Assembly: GCA_965216565.1 (NCBI GenBank)
Contig: OZ244170.1
Span: 384,001 to 448,000 of the forward strand
Direction: 5' to 3'
DNA from: Bythopirellula sp.
Lineage (GTDB): Bacteria; Planctomycetota; Planctomycetia; Pirellulales; Lacipirellulaceae
DNA: 64,000 bases
Positions 58,175-64,000 of the stretch are shown here, one piece after another (within the stretch, counting starts at the first letter, position 1; each line of letters opens with the position of its first letter). The translations under genes and the position numbers were made by a program. Under the pieces are notes generated by a model that saw nothing but the letters and a program-made list of their open reading frames with translations, searched no databases and had not been told where the DNA came from.

Positions 58175-59212
58175 ATGAGTCGGTATCTTGATCGTTGCAC
58201 GAGGTCGTCAAGATTCGCAGGTTTTACTCTGGTCGAGTTGTTGGTTGTGATCGCAATTATTGGGGTTCTAATTGCGATGTTGCTGCCGGCAGTTCAGGCA
58301 GCTCGCGAAGCCGCAAGGCGGGCTTCTTGCCAGAATAATTTGAAGCAGCTGGGTCTAGCGATTCAGAATCATCTTGCCGCCCAGGGTAGCTTCCCGGCAG
58401 GTGTAATCCGCAAGAAGTGGGATCAGCAACCAACGTGGTCGGAGGGACATTGGGCTTGGGGTGTGTTCGCAAATGTCTTGCCGTACATCGAACAAGGCAA
58501 TCTTCACGGGGCGCTCCGTCTCGACATGCCCCTACTGGGTGCCCCACCGATGTTTCCCATTCTTCCAGACCATCAAGAATTGGTTAACAAGCACGTAGAA
58601 ATATACCTTTGCCCCAGCGATAGCGAAGTGGTGCTTGATGAGCGATATCGGCCACTGAATTACGTGGCATGTCTGGGAAGCGGGGTTCAGACAGAGACGC
58701 AAACTGCTGGATCAGATCGTGAAGTGGACGGCTTATTTTATGTTAACTCGTACATTAAGCCTCGTCAGATCACGGACGGACTGTCCAATACGATCGCGAT
58801 CTCGGAGACTATCCTCGGCCCAGGAGGTCCAGGCCCCGATGGCTATGTCGTTTCCACCCCGCCCTCTGCACTGTCCGACGTCTGGGCTGCTCTGATGTCC
58901 CCAGATTTGAGCGAGAGCAATTGCGACTCGGCCGGTTCCTTCGGAGTGACGCGTGGAAACACCTGGGCGGCAGCCAGTCATCTAAGTGGCTTCTTCAATG
59001 CCTATCTGCCGCCCAACACTTCGCGTCCAGATTGTATCGCCCATTTTACCTTCTCACCTGGATGGGTCGCCGCGCGCAGTCGACACCCAGGAGGTGTCAA
59101 CACCCTGTTTGCCGATGGAAGCGTGCGACTGGCGCAAGATGCAGTCGATATTATGTTGTGGAGATCGCTTGCTACGCGAAACGGTAGTGAAACAGCACAA
59201 ACGCTGGAGTAA
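58175..59212 (+). CDS. DUF1559 prepilin-type protein (H-X9-DG)
   Basis: [29 protein letters not shown] and SRHPGGVNTLFADGSV. Confidence 0.95.
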   Translation: MSRYLDRCTRSSRFAGFTLVELLVVIAIIGVLIAMLLPAVQAAREAARRASCQNNLKQLGLAIQNHLAAQGSFPAGVIRKKWDQQPTWSEGHWAWGVFANVLPYIEQGNLHGALRLDMPLLGAPPMFPILPDHQELVNKHVEIYLCPSDSEVVLDERYRPLNYVACLGSGVQTETQTAGSDREVDGLFYVNSYIKPRQITDGLSNTIAISETILGPGGPGPDGYVVSTPPSALSDVWAALMSPDLSESNCDSAGSFGVTRGNTWAAASHLSGFFNAYLPPNTSRPDCIAHFTFSPGWVAARSRHPGGVNTLFADGSVRLAQDAVDIMLWRSLATRNGSETAQTLE

Positions 59213-59337
59213 TTGGACGGTGCACTGAAATTCTTATAGACCTAAGGGTAGCTGATTTCAGTTTGGCAGGGAGTCAATTGCTCTGGCCGTTTACGCACGT
59301 TCGAAGGGTCTGCTGTAGAGGTAATGAGGATATTCCG

Positions 59338-60495
59338 ATGAATGTTAGACCTGCGGCTACATTGAGTGATTCAGGTTATTTTCCTGCTGAGGAAGGCATA
59401 CACAAGGGATCGGAACCGTCCGATCAGCAGGCGCTATCCGAAACAAGTACGTTCAATTTTGGACGGAGAATACGCATTGCAATGCTGTTCTGGATTTTGG
59501 GCCTGTCACTGACAGCTGCCGGTCATTGGGTCTACGTTTCTCTAAGATCTCTCGATCGTGATTTCTCTGCTTCCACGTATAGACAGGCTGGTGCTCCAGT
59601 CGCGTGGGTGGGCCATGGCACTCTTGAAGAAGCTAAGCATCAGGCATGGACACGTCATGGATCGCCAATGAAACTGCCTGTTGCCGAGAAGCCGAACCAG
59701 CCTGTTGTTCATACACTGCCAATGTCGCGATTTTGGACAGCAATAAGTTTGTCATTAGTTGGTGGCACGTTTCTTTTAATCTGGCTGGGACAGTTCCTGA
59801 AGGACAACGGGCTCCAGTCGTTCCTCGGTGCCTTAGCGGGTCACGCCCTATGGCTCGGCGGGATAGAGATTGGACTGGATCTTGCGTCTCGACGACTTGG
59901 TCTAGCGGGTAGCCTTGAAGTTCATGAGGGCAAACTTATTGGCGTACATGGAACGGGAATTCTGATCCAGATGTCAGCTGTCTTTCTCATCCCTATGTTG
60001 ATCGGGCTAACCTTTCATGAATCGAACCGTTGTGCCGTTTTTCGCTGGGTGCGAAAGCGCTTGCCGCTAACCCGCCGGCAACTAGTCAGCGGCCACGTGG
60101 ACAACTACGCTGCGCGGACGGCACTTCAATACTTCATGACAGTCTGGTTCTGTTATGTAACTGTTCTCTGGCTGGCCGATCCGGCGGCCTCCATGGTTGG
60201 ACATATTTTGCTATTCGCTGCTCTCGTGGCGATTGCAGTTTTCACGCCATACATGATCTGGCGTGCTGCATCTCAGCCCACGTCGGCCCAGGCACTCCGC
60301 TACAGCGTTAGTGGTGCCGTCGTTACGTGGACAGGTATTGAAATTGCGGCCGCGATGAGATTATTCGAAGAACCCTGGCCGAATGAGAGTTTGGCAATAG
60401 GCGCCGTTCTGGTGGGCCTATGTATAGCAGTTTCCCTAATGTCAGTGCGAGTCTTGGTCAACACACATAGCAGCAAACTGACCTCGGCAACATGA
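59338..60495 (+). CDS. Polytopic membrane protein of unknown function
   Basis: About 8 hydrophobic segments; RBS GAGGA before ATG 59338. Confidence 0.8.
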   Translation: MNVRPAATLSDSGYFPAEEGIHKGSEPSDQQALSETSTFNFGRRIRIAMLFWILGLSLTAAGHWVYVSLRSLDRDFSASTYRQAGAPVAWVGHGTLEEAKHQAWTRHGSPMKLPVAEKPNQPVVHTLPMSRFWTAISLSLVGGTFLLIWLGQFLKDNGLQSFLGALAGHALWLGGIEIGLDLASRRLGLAGSLEVHEGKLIGVHGTGILIQMSAVFLIPMLIGLTFHESNRCAVFRWVRKRLPLTRRQLVSGHVDNYAARTALQYFMTVWFCYVTVLWLADPAASMVGHILLFAALVAIAVFTPYMIWRAASQPTSAQALRYSVSGAVVTWTGIEIAAAMRLFEEPWPNESLAIGAVLVGLCIAVSLMSVRVLVNTHSSKLTSAT

Positions 60496-60772
60496 ATTCC
60501 CTACCGATGGCTAATTGGGCCAATCCATCGAGTAGGTGCCCGACTCGCTAATCTATTTGAGACCCCATTTGACTTCTAAAATTGCGCTTACCATTCTTGA
60601 TGCGAGCTGCTCACGATACTGAGGTCCGCTCTGCTGACTTCGGATCTTTCGAGATGAACCCGGCGGGATTGACTGCTAAAGCCAGGTCAGACAATATGGA
60701 ACCTTTACTTACACAGCTCATCATCCATTGGCCTAGTAGGGCCCCTGGTCCAGATTCGAGGGGTGCCACGCC

Positions 60773-61207
60773 GTGCCACGCAGTCGTTCAGCATCAAACC
60801 CACACGCCCGGACTCGCAGTGACCACACGACAGAAACAGCTGAAGACTATGTCGAGGCAATTGCTTCGATTATAGACGATCGTGGTAGTTGTCGTGGTGT
60901 TGACTTGGCAAAACGATTCGCCGTGAGTCACGCTACAGTAAACCGCAGTGTTACGAGGTTGCAGAAGCAAGGCTTGATTTCGACCAGGCCATATCGCCCA
61001 ATCGTGTTGACATCCAAGGGCAAGAAACTTGCTTCCATATCAAAAGAGCGACATCAAACAGTACATGATTTCTTGATCGCGATTGGGGTCGATGAAGCAA
61101 CGGCCGCAGTAGACGCCGAAGGGATCGAGCATCATGTTAGCAAGAAGACTTTGGATTGCCTCAAACAAGTCACGCGACGGCTGCACAGGTCAAGATTGAG
61201 CAAATAA
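60773..61207 (+). CDS. mntR: DtxR/MntR-family metal-dependent repressor
   Basis: AEDYVEAI, HTH LAKRFAVSHATV, RH..V..FL and DAEGIEHHVS. Confidence 0.92.
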   Translation: MPRSRSASNPHARTRSDHTTETAEDYVEAIASIIDDRGSCRGVDLAKRFAVSHATVNRSVTRLQKQGLISTRPYRPIVLTSKGKKLASISKERHQTVHDFLIAIGVDEATAAVDAEGIEHHVSKKTLDCLKQVTRRLHRSRLSK

Positions 61208-61401
61208 TGCTCCTTCAGAATTACCGACCATACGAATCGTACGAGGAGGGAGGGTCCAGAAGTGGTGTCATTACAAGAATCCATGTTAGTCGTATTGTGC
61301 CATGTATTGAGTAGATCGAAAGCAATAGTGGCGTACAGTGCGCCTGACTCACGAGTGTCGATGTCGGTGCTATAAGTCTGGTTGACGCAACCGAGTTCTC
61401 C

Positions 61402-61893
61402 TCACTTGAGGTCGACGATATCGACGTTGCTAGTTTCAGTATCTAGTAGTGCGACTGTCGGGCGACCGAACGACCAGCCGCCGGTTTCGCCGGGGTTAAT
61501 GAGCAGCTGGCCAGCTTCGCCACGTCGAACGCGAGGTTTGTGGGTATGACCGAACACAGCGACATCGTAGTACTGGTCAACATTTCGCAATTGTCGCTCC
61601 ATGTGGGTTATCACGAACTTCGTGCCGTCATCCCCGTTGTAGAACACCGGCGGTTCTCCAAAGGCGCTGGTGACGATGCTCAGTCCTGACAGAAGTCCAA
61701 CTTTATTGCCTTCGTTGTCACCAAAGCAGCCGACCAATGGACATCGCAACGCGCGCAGTGGCGGAACGGCAATCGTGGAAACCAGATCGCCTGCAAATAT
61801 CACCAATTCACAAGACGCGTCGTTGAAGCGCTGGACGGCTAAGCGAAGATGGTCTAGGTGATCGTGTGAATCTGCAAACAGTCCTACTTGCAT
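61402..61893 (-). CDS. YfcE/MJ0936-type phosphodiesterase
   Basis: ADSHD, AGD, GDNE, GHTH and NPGE motifs; start reassigned to MQVGL. Confidence 0.88.
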   Translation of the reverse strand: MQVGLFADSHDHLDHLRLAVQRFNDASCELVIFAGDLVSTIAVPPLRALRCPLVGCFGDNEGNKVGLLSGLSIVTSAFGEPPVFYNGDDGTKFVITHMERQLRNVDQYYDVAVFGHTHKPRVRRGEAGQLLINPGETGGWSFGRPTVALLDTETSNVDIVDLK

Positions 61894-61958
61894 GGCATGC
61901 GGGCCGGCGGACCGAACAAAGCTAAGAGCAGGGGCACTTAGCTTTGCTCGATCTAGAC

Positions 61959-62318
61959 CTACTCGGTCGGTTGTGGTGGTTTCTGGCCGGTCTTGGCCTC
62001 GTAGCGTGCGGCAAATTTGTCGAAACGTGCAGGGCTGCAAAGGAAACACTGGGACTCGGGTCGATTGTGTTCGTCGCACCAGTCACCCTCTTCTTTGAAC
62101 TTGGCAACCAGCGACTTGTCACACAAGGCGCACTCTCCCTCCGGAACGCCATGTTCAACGCACCACCAACCACCGTGACTGTGGTCGACGGCAGTCGCGG
62201 CGGGTGATTCGGCAGCTCCCTCGGAAGCGGTGTCGCTATTGCTGCATCCAGCCAACATGATCGCTGCTGTCGCCAGCACACCAAGTGACATCTTCCGTAC
62301 GCTCAAAATCCACTGCAT
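61959..62318 (-). CDS. Lipoprotein with duplicated Cys/His metal-binding motif
   Basis: Lipobox LAGC; WCVEHGVPEGECALC and WCDEHNRPESQCFLC. Confidence 0.85.
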   Translation of the reverse strand: MQWILSVRKMSLGVLATAAIMLAGCSNSDTASEGAAESPAATAVDHSHGGWWCVEHGVPEGECALCDKSLVAKFKEEGDWCDEHNRPESQCFLCSPARFDKFAARYEAKTGQKPPQPTE

Positions 62319-62351
62319 CAAGAATCTCCTTTCGGCTTAGCCGAATCTAGG

Positions 62352-64000
62352 TTAGACCGACACCTCTTCCGGCAATTGCGCGGTTTCGCGCTTTGCTCCA
62401 GGTCCTGGGTCGGTCGGTTCAATGGGTTCGAAACGATGACCGTCATCGTCTCCTCCATCTTCATCAACACTCTCCGTCGGCAAATTGAAGACAACGTAGA
62501 GCACTCGTAAAACAAGCAAACTCATGATCATGGCGCTACAGACGCCACCGATGACGACCGTCGCCAACGGCCGCTGGACTTCCGCGCCCATGCCAGTGCT
62601 AAAGGCCATCGGCACGAAACCAAGGCTGGCGACGAGCGTCGTCATCAGAATTGGTCGCAATCGCGTCATTGCAGCCTCTTCGACCGCTTCGTCTAGCGAG
62701 CGGCCACGCCGGCGGAGCTGACGAATCGTCGAGACCAGCAGCATGTCATCCAAGACAGCAACGCCAGATAGCGCAATAAACCCGACCGCTGCCGAAATTG
62801 AAAACGGCATGTCTCGGATCCACAAGGCCAGAACGCCACCGATCCAAGCAAACGGCACTCCAGTGAATACTCGCAACGAGTCGATCCAATTGCGATACGT
62901 CATGTAAAGCAATGCCAGAATCATCAGCAATGCAATTGGGACAACAATCATCAGCCGCGTTTGAGCACGCTGAAGATTTTCGAACTGTCCCCCCCATTCA
63001 ATGCGGTAGCGGCCAGCAGGGAGTTGCACGTTTTCAGCAACGACTCGCTGCGCCTCGGCAACAAAGCTGCCAAGGTCTCGGCCGCGCACGTTGGATTCAA
63101 TCGTTATGCGGCGCTGGTACCAATCGCGTTTGATCGTGTTAAAGCCCTCAACGCGTTCAATGGAGGCGAGTCGCGAAAGAGGAATCCGCTGTCCCGATGG
63201 TGTGGCGACCAAGATCTTGCCAATCGCTTCGGGGTCGGCTCGGGCCGCCTCCGGTAAACGGATGACCAACGGAAACCGCAGTTGCCCTTCATGCACCTCT
63301 CCGACGTGGTTGCTGCCTAGCGAACGGACCAGGTTCATCACCGAGCGCGCGGGAATCCCATAGCGAGCGATTTCGTCTTGCTTGACACGAATCTCCAGGA
63401 CCGGCTGGCCGGTAATTTGCTCGATCTTGACGTCTTCAGCGCCCCGAATTGAATTGAGCAATCGTTCAATTTCTACGGCCTTTGCGTTCATCAGGTCGAG
63501 ATCGTCGCCATACAGAATGGCTGCAACATCCGAACGAACGCCCGATATCATTTCGTTCATGCGCATTTCAATTGGCTGGGACAACGCTAAGCGTGGTCCT
63601 GGCAAATCGCGAAGTTCGTGGTGCACAAGCGTCGTCAGTTCCTCCTGCGTAGTGGCTCGCGTCCAGTGCTGGCGCGGGTGGAGCGTGATAAACAGGTCGG
63701 TCAACTCAGTACCCATCGGGTCGGTCGCAACTTCGGCAGTCCCGATCCGGCTCCACACCTGGTTGACCTCGTCGGGAAACTTCTCCAACAAAACCTGCTC
63801 CATACGAGTGTTGTAGCGCATTGATTCTTCCAGAGGCGTCCCCGCAAGTCTCACGACGTTAAGCGTGATGGCACCTTCGGAAAGCCGAGGTACGAATTCG
63901 CTGCCAAGATTGGGAGCCACGAGACTGAACACACTGACAAGCAGCAGCAGTGCCGAGCCGATGACGAACGCCTTGTGGTGCATGGTGAACCGCAGAACTG
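62352..64000 (-). CDS. czcA: CusA/CzcA heavy-metal RND efflux transporter (partial)
   Basis: EFVPRLSEG, SQPIEMR, VRGRDLGSFV, GFIALSGVAV, RLRPILMT and GAEVQRPLATVVIGG; open past the window end. Confidence 0.93.
   Translation of the reverse strand, partial: VLRFTMHHKAFVIGSALLLLVSVFSLVAPNLGSEFVPRLSEGAITLNVVRLAGTPLEESMRYNTRMEQVLLEKFPDEVNQVWSRIGTAEVATDPMGTELTDLFITLHPRQHWTRATTQEELTTLVHHELRDLPGPRLALSQPIEMRMNEMISGVRSDVAAILYGDDLDLMNAKAVEIERLLNSIRGAEDVKIEQITGQPVLEIRVKQDEIARYGIPARSVMNLVRSLGSNHVGEVHEGQLRFPLVIRLPEAARADPEAIGKILVATPSGQRIPLSRLASIERVEGFNTIKRDWYQRRITIESNVRGRDLGSFVAEAQRVVAENVQLPAGRYRIEWGGQFENLQRAQTRLMIVVPIALLMILALLYMTYRNWIDSLRVFTGVPFAWIGGVLALWIRDMPFSISAAVGFIALSGVAVLDDMLLVSTIRQLRRRGRSLDEAVEEAAMTRLRPILMTTLVASLGFVPMAFSTGMGAEVQRPLATVVIGGVCSAMIMSLLVLRVLYVVFNLPTESVDEDGGDDDGHRFEPIEPTDPGPGAKRETAQLPEEVSV

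Larger units (their letters stand above)
25283..64000. mobile_element. Genomic island / integrative mobilisable element at tRNA-Lys (right end not located)
   Basis: Shift to AT-richer DNA right after the tRNA; relaxase, coupling protein, defence, IS and metal-resistance cargo. Confidence 0.75.

Noticed and set aside
25283..64000. attR duplicate of the tRNA-Lys 3' end and an integrase gene
   Set aside because: Not noticed by eye in this window; an exact-match search is needed and they may lie beyond 64 kb

Overview
The window looks like planctomycete (Pirellulales-like) DNA, inferred from DUF1559 prepilin-like genes, Cys-rich exported proteins and a BBP7-like barrel. It has two parts. (1) Bases 1 to ~25.3 kb are core-like: typA, galK, tsaB, yidC, mnmE, tRNA-Leu and tRNA-Lys. 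This part also holds a Fap-like export locus: a FapF-type barrel, a FapD-type C39 peptidase and two paralogous secreted proteins with an E-x3-[VI]-R-G leader but no FapB/FapC amyloid repeats. (2) From the 3' end of tRNA-Lys onward lies a visibly AT-richer genomic island. It carries a mobilisation module (coupling protein, MOBF relaxase, RHH protein, candidate oriT/nic) and a leading region of small genes separated by repeated stem-loop elements. Its cargo includes a NERD nuclease-helicase fused to two RRM-like domains, a J-domain/pseudo-Nudix operon, tandem methyltransferases, a sigma54-controlled DUF1559 gene, an IS630 element, a Hachiman-like gene pair, an MntR-controlled DUF1559 unit and a CzcA/CusA efflux locus running off the end. 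No integrase, attR or mating-pair genes were seen inside the window. All assignments come from reading motifs by eye; no database search or computation was run.
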